Source: Carcharhinus longimanus (lineage: Eukaryota). From it: 64,000 bases of DNA. Under the pieces are notes generated by a model. That model was not told the origin of the DNA and made no database searches. It was given only the letters and a program-made list of their open reading frames with translations. The stretch lies in the NCBI GenBank assembly GCA_030264375.1, contig JASCQW010000043.1, positions 91,987,866-92,051,865 of the forward strand, read 5' to 3'. Each line of letters starts with the position of its first letter. The first letter of the stretch is position 1. Both the position numbers and the translations under genes were made by a program. Shown one piece after another: positions 47,300-60,200 of the stretch.

Positions 47300-47700
47300 T
47301 ACAGGGATATTGTGATGCACACTCTGCATCTGTGACCACTCCCAGTTTAGCATCAGTGTCGAGGGTTTGATGCAACGGCAATGGACTCATTGCTTTCAGA
47401 GATTGTGCCTTCTGACAGCTGTATACAACTGAGTAACGAATCACAACTGCTGCTAGTATGAATGGCACCCTGTCAATGTCCTTGTGCTGCTCCACATATG
47501 CCACTGCTGGAAAGTATTCCCTCAAGTTGCACATTGATCTTTCTAGGCTTTGAGCACTGGAAAATCGAGCGACTGCTGACTTCTTATTGAGGTCTCCCAA
47601 TGAATTCTGAACCCAGCCATGACTGCCTCTCATAGCTTAAATTCAAAACCCCCGTTAAGAATGGTGACCTCATTCATCAGAGATGTCCACCAACATTGAA
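47300..47700 (-). pseudogene. Possible highly decayed Harbinger (HARBI1-like) transposase fragment
   Basis: ..SYERQSWL..RFSSAQSLERSMCNLREYF..RVPFILAAVVI weakly resembles the AYPLxxWL..LSSARxxIERAFGxLKxRF..VPxIIxACCxLHN pattern. Confidence 0.3.
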
Positions 47701-47714
47701 CTGTTCACGGCAGA

Positions 47715-48435
47715 ATTCAAAGACGTTGCCAAGTGCTTAGCTGCAGATTTGGGACAGTGTGTCTTGGGCAGTACTCAAAGTGAGGTCTGACCAGAGCACC
47801 GTACAGTTCAGCATTAACCTCTTTGAGCTTGCATTTTACTTTATATATCCCAATATCTTTAAGATAGAAAATAGGTGTTGGCCCTTTAGCCTCTTCCATC
47901 ATTCAATGACTGATCCAATTGTGGCCTTACCTCCACCTTCCAGCCTGCCTCCCAGCATCCTTGTCGATCAAAAATCTGCCTGATTCAGCCTTGAATACAT
48001 TCAATGATGTAGTCTCCACTGCTCTCTTGGGTAGAAAATTCCAAAGATTAACATCGCTCTGCAAGAAGACATTTCTTCTCATCTCCATCTCAAATGAGAG
48101 ACCCCTTATTCTGAAACTGTGTCCCCTAATTCTAGATTCCCCCACGAGGGGAAACATCCTCTCAGCATCTACTCTGTCAAGCCTCCTCAATAAGGTCAAC
48201 TCTCATTTTGCTAAGCTCCAATGGCTATGGGTCCACCTTGCTCACACCATCCTTATAGGACAAACCATTCATTCCAGGAATCAACCTGGTGAACCTTCTC
48301 TGAACTGCCGCCAAGGAAAGTACATCCCCCTTAAATCAAGAGATTAGAAGTGTGCACAGTACTCACAGTCTCACCAATGCCCTGCACAGTTGTTGCAGGT
48401 CTTCCGGATTTTTATATACCAACCCCCTTTCTAAT
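47715..48435 (-). mobile_element. CR1 3' fragments (two pieces)
   Basis: LYGALVRPHFEYC (ORF 47717-47902) and LDRVDAERMFPLVGESRIRGHSFRIRG..NLWNFLP (ORF 47927-48199). Confidence 0.92.
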
Positions 48436-48951
48436 ACATCCAGTTGGCTGCTGTGATTTGCCTGAACATATTGAGCATTGCCACTGAGATTTTTAGGCTT
48501 CTTTAAAATTCATCTTTAGCTTTTTCAAGAACACAGGGTATATGTTGCCCACTTTTCCTTCTTTCGTGCATGCTTTTTACATTTTATTTTCCATTGTTCT
48601 GACCACTTTTATATATTGTCAACTCACTCTATAAAGTTGCTGCAGCTCAGATTTCAAATCATTGTCAATACTGTTATTGTATTTTCCAGATTCTTTGTAA
48701 ATGCATCTGATTCCTACACATCTTCCATAGTCTCCATCCCAAATAATTCAACTATTGCTTCCTCATATCAGGTGAGTTGTTTCTATTCATATCATCTATT
48801 CTGGTTAACTGCTCACTCAACTTTAAACATGAGAATAGTGGAGGTAGAGACAGGACTATTTAGCTCATAGCAATCTTCACATATCGCATTTCTTTCCTTT
48901 CCCTACCACTTGACTTGGCCCACCATTGCTAACATTTATCTATGTGTTCAT

Positions 48952-49810
48952 ATGAAGATATGGATTAGGAACAGGAGTAGGCCACTTGACCTCTCAAGCC
49001 TGCCCACCTTTCAATACGATCATAGTTGGTCTAATTTTAACCTCATCACATTCCTACCTACCCCCATTAACATTTTACCCCCTTGCTTATCAAGGATATA
49101 TCTACCTCAAAGATATTCAAAGCCGCTGCCTCATCCACCTTTTGAGGAAGAGAATTCCAAGTCTCACCACCCTTCGAGAGGATTCTTTTTTTTTGCACAT
49201 CCGTCTTAAATGGGCAGGCCCTTATTTTTAAACAGTGGCCCCAGAAGAAGAGAAATCCTTTCCGTATCCACCCTGTCAGGTTTCCTCAGGATCCTATAAC
49301 TTTCAATCAAGTTGTCTCTCAATCTTCTAAATTTCAGCAAACACAAGCCTAGCCTATCCAGCCTTTCCTCAAAAGACAACTTCCCATTCCAGGTATTAAT
49401 TTAGTGAACTTCTCTGAGCTGCTTCCGATGCATTTACATCTTTCCTTAAATAAGGTGACCAATACTGTATACAATACTCCAGGTGTGGTCTCACCAGTGC
49501 CCCATACAACTGAAGCAAAACCCCCCTACTTTTGTATTCAGTTCTCCTTGCAAAGGAAGAACATTTTATTAGCTTTGCTAACTACTTGCTGTATCTGCAT
49601 ACAAACCTTTTTTATGATTCATGCACAAGGACAATCAGAGCCCTCTGCACCTCAAAACTCTACAATCTCTTTCACATTCAGATAATTTCTTTATTTGTCC
49701 TGTCAAAATGGATAATCTCACATTTTTCCACATTATACTCCATTTGTCTGATATTTCCCCACTCCTCTAACCTATCTATATTCTCTTTTAGCCAGCCTCC
49801 TTATGTCCAC
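48952..49810 (-). mobile_element. CR1 3' ~850 bp
   Basis: Tail TTAGGAACAGGAGTAGGCCA. ACAATACTCCAGGTGTGGTCTCACCAGTGCCCCATACAA encodes LYGALVRPHLEYC on the minus strand. Confidence 0.9.
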
Positions 49811-50814
49811 TTCAGAGCTTACTTTCCTTTGTGTTGTGCAACACCTTGGAGCCATACTTTTGTCAACCAAGACTAGCAGGTCATGTTTTCTGCTGCAATT
49901 CTATTTTCATAGAATTGTGTCCTCTTTAAGTTACATGGCTTCTTGCAAACTTCTGCTAGATCCTCCTGATCATAAACAATGAGTTCACTCTTTCTAGTGC
50001 AAGCTGACATCCTGGATGTCTCCTTAACATATTTTGGGAGCTCTCGTTACCCACTAAGAATCAATGGGGTTGCTGTGTTACAGGGCCTGGTTGCTAAATC
50101 AGATTTATCACCTTTCCTATGCCATGATTCCCCATATCTGGTTTCTTGGACTCATATGATGCTTTGAAGTCTCATTAGCTGCTTGAAGAGCACTAAGAGG
50201 ATTTGCAGGTGAGTCAGGATTGCTGCTATTTTTTATTTCCACTAATGAAACTGCATTCTCATGAGTCCTTTGCTTTCACACTCCTCACTCATATAACTTC
50301 AAGGTCAAAATTCACAAAGAAAATTATGCATCCTTCCCATTCTGTATTTTCCAAAACATGTGAAGTACTTAACTCCTTCTCAAAAAGAGAACTCAAAATA
50401 TGTTTTAAAAATCTCCTCTTTATGCTACACGTATTAGACCAGATGCAGTTTACTGTACAAAAATACTGAAGTGAATGAGGCTTTCGATATAATGCAGATA
50501 ACCCTACAAGTGGCATTTTCTATGCATTTTTACATATTGTGTCAGTGATTCTTAACGAGCTGTCTTTCAGTTTGACATCTGTGACAACAAGCCTGCTGTT
50601 AGCACAGTCCATAATAATCGTAACCAACCAATCAGACAGGGCACAGGTAACAACCACTTATTAAGCCCTCGTGAATGGATTGTGGTTTTTCCAAAAACAC
50701 AAAAAGGGTTAAAGGCCCGAGACCATCATCTTTACATCTGTCTGACACTTTCTCCCTTCAAACTGGCTAACTGGAAGTGAATGCAGTATGCCTGAACTAA
50801 TCAGAAATCAGCAG

Positions 50815-51110
50815 CAAATACTTACATTTATATAGTGCCTTTAAGAGTAAAATGTCTCCAAGGTACCACATGGAAGCAGAATCAGATAAAAACAGACACC
50901 GGGCCAAAGGAGGAAATATTAGGACAGTTTAGTCTATGAGTAGACAGCAGAGGAGAGATTTAGGGAGGGAATTTCAAAGCCTGAGATGTAGACAACTGAA
51001 TGCATGGCTGTCAATATTGGGGCAAAGAGAGTGTGGGTTGAACAGGAGGCTGAAACTGGAGGAACACAGAGTTTCAGGGCATATCAGGTACTGAGAGACC
51101 ATGGAGACAC
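50815..51110 (-). mobile_element. L2-like LINE 3' fragment
   Basis: Tail CTTACATTTATATAGTGCCTTT (shared with the DeuSINE tails), then GATTTAGGGAGGGAATTTCAAAGC, encoding LxNSLP-like on the minus strand. Confidence 0.65.
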
Positions 51111-52254
51111 CAACCAAAGCCACCACATTCTGTTCCCTCTGAGTAAGTGAAAGATGCAAAATGCAAAATGCTTGGAATAGTTAAACCTACCTATGTGATT
51201 AAAACCTAACAGTTGTGTCCTTATTTCATTATAACACACACTGAACCTGCTGCACATGCAAATAGTTTTAATAAGACAGTGAATTTTTTGAAAACATACC
51301 ATAAATCTAATTTGAATTGTTGAATGTACTGTCTTAGCCAAGTTTATGAACTGTCCCTTTATTACACAGATGTTTAGATTCTGCTTGTATTGTTCAAATT
51401 TTCATTCAAACTCCTGTGTATATTATTCCCATGTGGCACTGCCACTCGGCCTATTAGAAGTTTTGTCGTTGTGATTTGGTACAATAATTGTGGATTATGT
51501 AAATTAATACTCAGCTGACTGTCACAGGGTTATAATAGTCCCCTCGCCATCCACAAATTCAGGTATAAGTGAGAGCACTTGTCACATACTTTGCACAACT
51601 TTCTCTTTGCCACATGATAGTGGTCCAGATTTCCATCTAGACGGCCTGACCCAGGAGACCTTTAAAAAAGATAGGTAGGATGCGATTCCAGGATTTCTGC
51701 CCCATTCCAGTTGAGAATAGGATAAGATATGGCAGCTATTATATGAGTGGGTAGCTCAACCCCCTCCCCCCCACCCAAGCATCTACCCACTGCCCCAGCA
51801 ATGTTTGTGGAGTTTGGCCCCTTCCATAAGTATATATGTTCATGGCCCCTCAAAGGAGTCATGAACCATAGGATAACCCCGGTTCCAAGTAGCAAAACAA
51901 AGAATACAATCAGCTATTCCTGAAATTCTTTCATTGACAGGCTTTGAAATACAAAAACAATGTTCTTTCAGTTTCAAACTTAAATGTTTTTTCATGACTT
52001 AGATGTGATTTTACTTCAGTTATTGTTTATAACGCTATTTCTTGCAAAGATACGTTGATTAGTACATTGATCAGCGTTGTGAAAGTGCTGAGATGTATTT
52101 AAATGCTTTTTCTGGACTGCATTGATTGACAGGTGTAGTTTCCTAAAAACCATAACCGTTTGTTTTTACAATTTCAATCGGCTCCATCATTTCCATTTGG
52201 AAGACTTTGTTTTGACAGTTTCTAGAAAAAATTTAAATGAAGAAATGTTGCATT

Positions 52255-52552
52255 CTCTCCTATTTCCCAGGGCTGAAATGGTCACTACGAGAGGACACAG
52301 GTTTAAGGTGCTGGGGAGTAGGTACAGAGGAGATGTNNNNNNNNNNNNNNNNNNNNNNNNNNNNNNNNNNNNNNNNNNNNNNNNNNNNNNNNNNNNNNNN
52401 NNNNNNNGGGGTCTTTTAAGAGATTTCTGGATGAGTACATGGGATTTAATGGGATTGAGGGTTATAGATAGGCCTGGTAGGTAGGGATATGATCAGCACA
52501 GCTTGTGGGTCGAAGGGCCTGTTTGTGCTGTAGTGTTCTATGTTCTATGTTC
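52255..52552 (+). mobile_element. Young CR1 3' end spanning a gap
   Basis: LFPRAEMVTTRGHRFKVLGSRYRGD, with a (TGTTCTA)n tail. Confidence 0.92.
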
Positions 52553-52738
52553 TGGGGTGGACAGTAGCAGGTGAGACTTTGCACCTGTACACAGTTCAGT
52601 ACACATAGCTAGATGGGTGCAGCAGATGGGGTGATGGAAAACAGAGTCAAAGTTGTAGTTCTGAAATGATCATTGCAGACAGAACAACTTTCCCAATCTT
52701 CTGCTGTGACAAGTCAGTAATATTTCAATATCAATAAA

Positions 52739-53110
52739 GGACGGCACAGCGACACAGTGGCATTGCTGCCTCACAGCGGCAGGGATCTGAGTTCAATTCT
52801 GGCCTTGGGTGACTGTGTAAGTTTGTATGTTTTCCCCATTTCTTCATAGGTTTCCATCGATTGTTCCGGTTTCCACCCACAGTCCAAAGATGTGCAGGTT
52901 AGGATGATTGGCCCAGCTAAATTGCCCCTTAGTGTCTCAAGATGTGTAGGTTAGGTGGATTGGCCGTGCTAATTTGCTGCTTAACGTCAGGGGGATTAGA
53001 AGGATAAATGGGGATATGGGGATAGGAGAAGGGTGGCATTGTTGTTGGTGCAGGCTCGATGGGTCGAATGGCCTCCTTCTGCATTACAGGAATGCTATTC
53101 TATGATTCTT
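52739..53110 (+). mobile_element. V-SINE (HE1-like), full length
   Basis: tRNA-like head, V domain, an internal duplicated TTAGG..GATTGGCC..GCTAA unit, and a CR1-type tail TTCTATGATTCT. Confidence 0.9.
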
Positions 53111-53784
53111 AGAAAATCAATAATATCTGAAAAACACTGCAGTGTAATCATCTGTAAATAAAGACATGCTTCATATCAAGAATAAGCCCATTTACCTGTT
53201 ATAATGGGGTAAGACTGAGGTCCTGGGACACTGGCCCCTATGTCAGCTGAATTTGTTAGACTCGACTTCATATCTTCCAGTCCCCCAGTCAGTGAGGCCA
53301 TGGCGGAATACTCTGCACTCTAGAAATACAAAAAGAGCTTCTTTGTAATTTCTCACGCAAGCAGTTTATTATTTGATATACTCCCAGTAGTATCAATCGT
53401 TTAACTGTCAGGAGTCCACCAATATTGGACTGGAGTGAACTAGGAACCTGTGACACATAAAGGGTAAAATCAAATCATGGGGAAAGAAAATAGCTGCGGG
53501 TCTTGACTGATGTCAACAAACCCAGCACACACACTAATTGAGATTAAATCAGGGGTTCAAAAAAAGGGCGGCATGGGCAAGTTGGTCCGAAGAGCCTGTT
53601 TCCTTGCTGTAAATCTCTATGACTCTATGAAACCAGTTCCTTGGCCTGCACGTCACATTGTCTGAAGTGGAAGCGGGGGGGCTACATTAAACCACTGAAC
53701 ATCCAGACAAATGTTTAACCAGTTAATTTTACTGTTGTGATCATGTAGCACATTACCTCATAGCTGTGGGCACCAAGGAAAATA

Positions 53785-54204
53785 AATGAAATTGTATTTA
53801 TATGGCACCTTCACATCCTAAAGTGCTTTACATTTGATGAAGAACTTTTGTTGCAATATAGGAAACATAGCAGTCAATTTGCACACAGCAATCTCCCACA
53901 AACAGCAAGGTGATAGTAACCAGATCCCCTATTTTTGCAATGTTGATTCGGGGATAAATATTGCCCAAGACACTTGGAATAATTCCCTTACTTTTCTTCA
54001 AAACAGTACCACAGGATCACATTCATCCACTTCAGAGTGCAGACAAGGCCTTAGTTTAATGCCTCAGCTAAAGGCATCACTCCCGACAGTACAGCACTCT
54101 TTCAGCACTGCACTGGAGTGTTAGCCTTGACTTTTGTGTTCGAGTCCTAGAATGGACCCTATACCCTATTGGTTTAGGGGCAAGAACATTATCAACTGAG
54201 CCAC
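53785..54204 (-). mobile_element. DeuSINE-like SINE, near full length
   Basis: Collinear with 26894-27285. Confidence 0.82.
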
Positions 54205-54992
54205 AACTAACACACACAACAAATAAACCAAATTGACCACTCCAATGCAGGCCATTGCTGACTTATCAGATAGCAGACTGACACCAAGTGAAAGTTGATC
54301 CAAGTGGACACAGTCAATGGATTGAAACTCAAGTGGTAGGCCTCAAAAGGTCATTAACAAAGTGGTGGGTAAAGTGGCCAAGCCTTCGGAATGGGATAAA
54401 ATGTAAACCCAGGCCTGTGACAGAGAGATAGCATTTGCACATTAAAACTGTAGAAGACAGTTACACAGTCTGTGGGTAAGTTAGTTATTTAACTGATTTG
54501 TTAAATCTTCATTGTACTGTTGACAATTGCTCATGGGCAGCTAAGGAAAACAATCAGCAATTTGTTTGCTGCCTTTTGAGTGGCAGGTCGCTTTCTCTTT
54601 CCACTTTTTTTATGGCCTCAATTTATTCACCTGACTATATACAAGCAAACAGCAGGACCAACTTTACAGATGACAGTATTGCAGCCAGTCACAGAATTTT
54701 TTTTGACTATTTTCATTTGACATCAGAAAGATGAGAATCTACGGATGTGAACTTTTAGATTGTATTTAAGGATGAGGGCTGCTCTCTCTCTCTCCCTTTC
54801 CTGGTCCAAGGGCTGAGCCCCAGGACTTCCTGCCAGGCCTCATTTATATAATGGAGATATTAGGGAATGCACCATTCTGATGGAAAAGGAACTCAGGGAT
54901 ATCTGGTGTCCTTAGAAGCTACCAGCATCTTTAAAGGGGAAGGTGCTGTTAAAGTCCCAACATAAAAAAGAGACAACTTTTTTCCAGGTACT

Positions 54993-55515
54993 GATAGAAA
55001 CTTACAGCAAGAGATCGTTGGGCCCCTCATGCCTGGGTCAGCTCTTTGAAAGAACTGACCAATTTTGTTTCACTGTGTGTTTTTCCCCAAAACACTGCAA
55101 ATTAGTCCTTTTCAAGCACAAATCTAACTGCCTTTTAAAGATTCTTATGGAATCTGAATCCAACACCTTCTCAGATACTCATAACAATTCTCAACAGGTC
55201 CACTCCAATTCTTCTGCCAGATATTTTGCACCCTCTGGTTAATGACCCTGAAACAAATTCTCCCTTCTTGCTGCATCAAAACCTCTCATCATGTTGAATA
55301 TCTATGTTAGGTCTTTCCTCAGCTTTGCTCCAAGAATAATCCAAGCTTCTTCTTCAATCTCTCCATATAACCGAAGTCCCTCAACCCTGGTATCATACTG
55401 GTAAACCTCATCTAGCCCAGACTGCAGCTAAACCTCATCTAGCTCAGAACCTTGACATCCTTTCTAAAGTGCGGAGCTCAGCCAGCTGAGGCCTAACCAG
55501 AGGTTTGTAAAGCTA
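54993..55515 (-). mobile_element. Old CR1 3' fragment with a 27-bp local duplication
   Basis: CR1 3' UTR features, and TAAACCTCATCTAGC(C/T)CAGA twice at ~55402-55448. Confidence 0.75.
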
Positions 55516-55969
55516 ATGGAACAGCATCATTATTTGAACATATTCTAGGGAAAATCGCTAAGATTTTAAATTAATCAAAGTGTTCCAGAAGCTGTGAATT
55601 GTTTATTCAGGATCCTCATCTCATAATTCCATCTTCCATGAATAACTGTGTGGAGCTTTGCCATGACTCAGTTGGCAAACGCAACTCAGGCAGCAGTTCA
55701 GATCCTGCAGTCTTCCATTGAGGGATCTGGTAAAAGGATGGTATCACTGGTGCCAAAAGGTAGGTGCTAGAAACACAGTGAAAACAAGAGTGGATATGAA
55801 GAATGATGGTCTGGGTTAGGAGGATGGAGCTGAATTGACTAAAGCTTCTATTTTTATTTCAGGTAGCAGGGAGTTGTGGGTGAGGTTAGGATTCTTACTT
55901 CATGGGAAGCAAACATTCGTGGCTCAGGAGATGGCAAATTCATCAGCAGCTGTCAAGGGGGCTTCACGA

Positions 55970-56642
55970 AAAGTGGAATTTAATGTTCCCAATTTGGATC
56001 CCGCACAATGGTTGGAGAACCAGTGGGAAGTCCACATCACTTCCATGGGGGAAGCCCAACCAAATTAAGTTTGTCTCAGCTGAGCGAGGACTGAATGAGT
56101 TCACAGAGGTTGGGGATGTAGGAGAGTTGAGGTAAGGGTAGGAGGGTGGCTTTCAGCACCCCACATTGCCAATGTGAGGCCCCTTGTTGGGGCCTAATAA
56201 CTGACTGCCTAATAACGAGGGACCCACCAGTATGCCACTGGCAAACCCACAGAATTTGTTGGTTGACCTTCAGGAGACACGGTAAAATCATGAGACTCCC
56301 ATTTAATTCTTCAGCCATCACGATATTCTGGCAAGTTCAGGGNNNNNNNNNNNNNNNNNNNNNNNNNNNNNNNNNNNNNNNNNNNNNNNNNNNNNNNNNN
56401 NNNNNNNNNNNNNNNNNNNNNNNNNNNNNNNNNNNNNNNNNNAATTGGTATCAATTAGCTCATTAAATGAGCCTAACTAATAACTTGCAGTGAACTGGTG
56501 AGTTTCCCGCATAGGCCCCCTTGACTCAATTGTGGGAGGTTTTCCTGTCACTGAGAGACGAATGCACCACCTCTCCTCCAATTAAGTGCGCCCAGCTGCC
56601 ATGTTTCCTGCCACAGTGGTCTGGATCAAATTAAATCCTGCT
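55970..56642. mobile_element. Non-autonomous TIR element spanning a gap
   Basis: Imperfect TIRs AGTGGAATTTAATGTTCC / GGATCAAATTAAATCCTGCT. Confidence 0.45.
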
Positions 56643-56788
56643 CGAGATATCCATCTCGTACGCATTCAAATAAGTCACACAATGGAGTTATGCCACACTG
56701 GGCACAGTCACCTCCTTCCCTAAGTATAAAGGGATTAACTATATTCTGCAGTAAGTACAGAAACCACAAATCTGTTTTTGATTTAGAG

Positions 56789-56864
56789 TCCCAAATAGTT
56801 CCTGGTCTTATGAAACAAGGTTTAATTCCCAAACAGTTCCCGGTCCTATGAAACAAGGTTCAAA
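56789..56864. repeat. 38-bp tandem duplication
   Basis: TCCCAAATAGTTCCTGGTCTTATGAAACAAGGTTTAAT / TCCCAAACAGTTCCCGGTCCTATGAAACAAGGTTCAAA. Confidence 0.9.
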
Positions 56865-57299
56865 TGCAGAGTCTTTGCTATTTATTTGCATGCAATTTAC
56901 TTTAAAGCATCCTCTTCAGGGGCAGTGAGATACAGGATGTAGAGGAGGTTTGTATATGCAGTGCTGTTTAGGAGCAAAGGATTGTCACCCATTCCTCCGC
57001 CATATTGCACTCATTACATGGCATTATTTGGAGGCAGGACACAGGAAAATCATCGCCCTGGATTTTAAATCCTTTTCCTGTAAATAAATTAACCCATTAA
57101 TAATTAATGACAAGATCAAACCACAGAGGTCACTTTCAACTTCTCCCCAAATGGCAATCTGATCATCTGCCTTTTGTGAAACCCATCCAATTATTGCAAA
57201 GGAACTAAAATCGGGCAGGTGCCACAATGTGTGGGAAATCTTCTACTGCTGGTTACCACCCAAGGCCAAGTTCAAAATTACCCCACACCACCTTCTAAA

Positions 57300-60200
57300 T
57301 TTGCGCTCAAACTGGATTGCATGTTTGTACTATGTGGGAATTATGCTCTGAATAGCCTTTAATCTATCAATTGTGTTCACCACCTGATTGATGCAGCGAG
57401 GTCCAGTTAACGTTAGTAGAATACATATGTTCTTATAAAACTGGTTATCAATAATAGTTTAACTGGATTAACCAGCAAACAGAAAACATTGTACTGATAA
57501 GTTAATGGTAATTGTTTAAACAGCAATTATGCCAGCTTTGTAATGAATTAAGTGTGTCTTGGTTAATGGAAATTCTCCGTAAATTGCAACAGTTGATTAC
57601 TGCCTAATAAAAACAACTCCATTGGCACCTGTCCCTTTAAAGTAAGTCTCAAAATTAATGGGAAACTGCAAGCTGAACTCAAGGACTTTTATGTAATTCT
57701 TGCTCAAATCAGATTGTAAAATATGCTATTGCACTTTTTTTCTCTGTAAACATTGCTGCTACTTCCTCGAACGCCAGCTCCTGCTGGTAGCTCACAGTGG
57801 AAGAGCCCCTGGGAACAAAGCTTAGATTTTCATGTCAGACATCTCTACATTGACGTGATGCTTCAAGGAACTGTTGTCAAATTATGATTGGCCTGAGGCG
57901 CATGTCTAATCACCCCCACGGCATCATTTGTTTCACTTTTAAACGCCATTGAAATGTTCACTCAAACTTTTCTCTGCAAGATTATTTCATCAGTGATGTG
58001 CCTGATCATTTAATCAGTCAGGAACAAAGAATGGCAGGGGCCTGAAAGCCTGGGATCCCTGTTCCAACCGTGAATTCCTGACCATCAATGTACCCTCTAA
58101 TTACCCTTGTGGCGCACTGGTGATTTGTATAACTGCATGGGCCCTTTAAATTTTCTAGACCATTCAAGTGCGCGGTAACTTAAAGGACCTGTGCCGGAAG
58201 CTTTGAGTTGCTCAGCTTTGAGAGTACATTGTTGCCTTCTCCAAAGGCTAAAAATCCCAATTCAAATTCAAACAATGGGATAATTTGAATAATGGAGACA
58301 GTGAACTGGTGGCTACAGAAATGTCAAATTATCAGAATATCACTTAAAATTCTGAAGATATAATTTAATATGCATCTTCTGATAGGAGGTAAGAATATTT
58401 TGGCACAGTGAAATAACTGATTGCATCTGGGATTGAAGGTCTACCTCACTCTGATATCTGGAGCTTTTTTAAGATCCAGTTCAGAACCTATCCTTTCCCT
58501 CAGAAGACCCTGGCTTCCCTTAGGACTGACTGGGATGTGCTGGCTGGGATTTATGTGTTAGTTCAGCAGTATCCACACATACATTCCCAGAGCTGAATCA
58601 CTGACAAAAGTGACTGAAGCATCTCCCTCCAGTGTAAATGAGGTGAAATTCAGGATGATCCAGATTCCACCCATAGTTTCTATACTCTCCCTGACAGAAG
58701 ACGGTGTGGTCCTAGGACACTGACTGTTAGATTTAACACATTCTTATTATGTTTTGGAAAGACAACATTGAAGAGCAGATGTCTGACAGATTCTCTGAGC
58801 AACTGGACTCTGCAGATTAATGATTTTCAACATCAGCTTCATTGGGTAGGGATAACCAGTTAATAAAGAATATCTCCCAATCACTATAGCTCTGTAATAA
58901 AGCTCCCTGCTACTGTTCAAACCATCCACCATTTCTTTTGTTTCCTTCTCTTGGTAAATTAGAGTTTAGGAATGGTCATCAATCGGATGATATTGTCCAT
59001 CCTTCCATTATTCTTCTTAGTGAGATTAGTCTGGAGTGCCCTGCCTATGGCTGAGAAGGAATGTAAACTGAGTGCTGTTAGTGGGATGGGGGCTGGCGAA
59101 ATCTAAAGTGAATATCCTAATGCCATTGTTTTTGTTAGTGTTCTGGGGTGGGGCAGGGAGGAGGGCGGGATGGGTGGCTCGCGAAGAGGATACCTGGTCC
59201 AGCTTTCATTCTCTGCCGTGTACAAGCCTGGGCTGATATCACTTCACTGGAGCTACTGACTGATTAATCAAACTCGTTAGCACAGATTACAAACGTGTGC
59301 TCCAATGTCAGGGCAGAGTTTTTGCCGCAGGGTGGCCTAGCTGTATCAGCAGCCGGCTTCGAACCAACCAAACTCATCACACAGGTGACTGCAGGCTGAC
59401 CCTGGCCTGCACAATTTATACCAATCTCTGCTCCCTGATGTGTGAGCAGAGTGATTTACTGCCACACCATCCCACTGCACGGTACATTCTCCGAGAGGTA
59501 TGTCTATATAACCCTTATGTCAAGATCACAGCATAATAATCTCCGATATTTATCTGTGGCAACCAATAGAGAAATCGGTTGAAACTAAAGGACACACACC
59601 AATATATTCTTCTGCTTAAGAGCAATGGAGCAGAAAAAAAGTAGTTTTTTTTCTCTCGCTTGCTCAAGCCTTCAAAGCCCCAACCTGCTATGTTTTTTTC
59701 TCCTTTATTCTCTGCCACATAAACAGCTGTATTTTTTTTTTCCACAGCCCTCTCCCTTTCTTTTCTCATTTCCACATCTCTGTAATGCCGACATGTAAAT
59801 GTCTGAAAATAGCAGCGGTAATTGAAGATTATGAAGTATGACCAGGTTTTGACAGGCCACTAAGGAAGATGGATTATCCTCATTTTTCTGTAAATTCTGT
59901 CAATTTTGGAATTCATAAGCTATCAACACTGATACAAATGTGACTCCCCAGCTGCGTAAGGGATGACGTGCAACTTATCCTGGAGTCTATTGGCTTCCAA
60001 TCCCCTTTGATAGTATCTGAAATCTTGCCAATTTATTCCTGATAAGATTGAGCTAATTTCAAGCAAACTGATTCAAATAGGCCTGTATGAGAGAATATAT
60101 TTTCTCTGATTTACCTCTCACTGCTGTACAAGATGGCTATCTGGACCGTAAGATAAATTTCCACAGGACAATCACAGTCTAGTTGCAGCAATTGTTTTGC

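Noticed and set aside
52198-52220. TGGAAGACTTTGTTTT resembling the start of miR-7
   Set aside because: Only the first 9 nt match, and no pre-miRNA hairpin is evident.
56015-56105. Short resemblance to my recollection of the LF-SINE core (GTCCACATCAC..GTCTCAGC..AGGACTGAATG)
   Set aside because: The spacing differs, it lies inside an apparent TIR element, and the comparison rests on memory. A Dfam nhmmer search would be needed.
59318-59340. CTCF-like motif GCCGCAGGGTGGCC
   Set aside because: It mismatches core positions of the CCASYAGRKGGC consensus.
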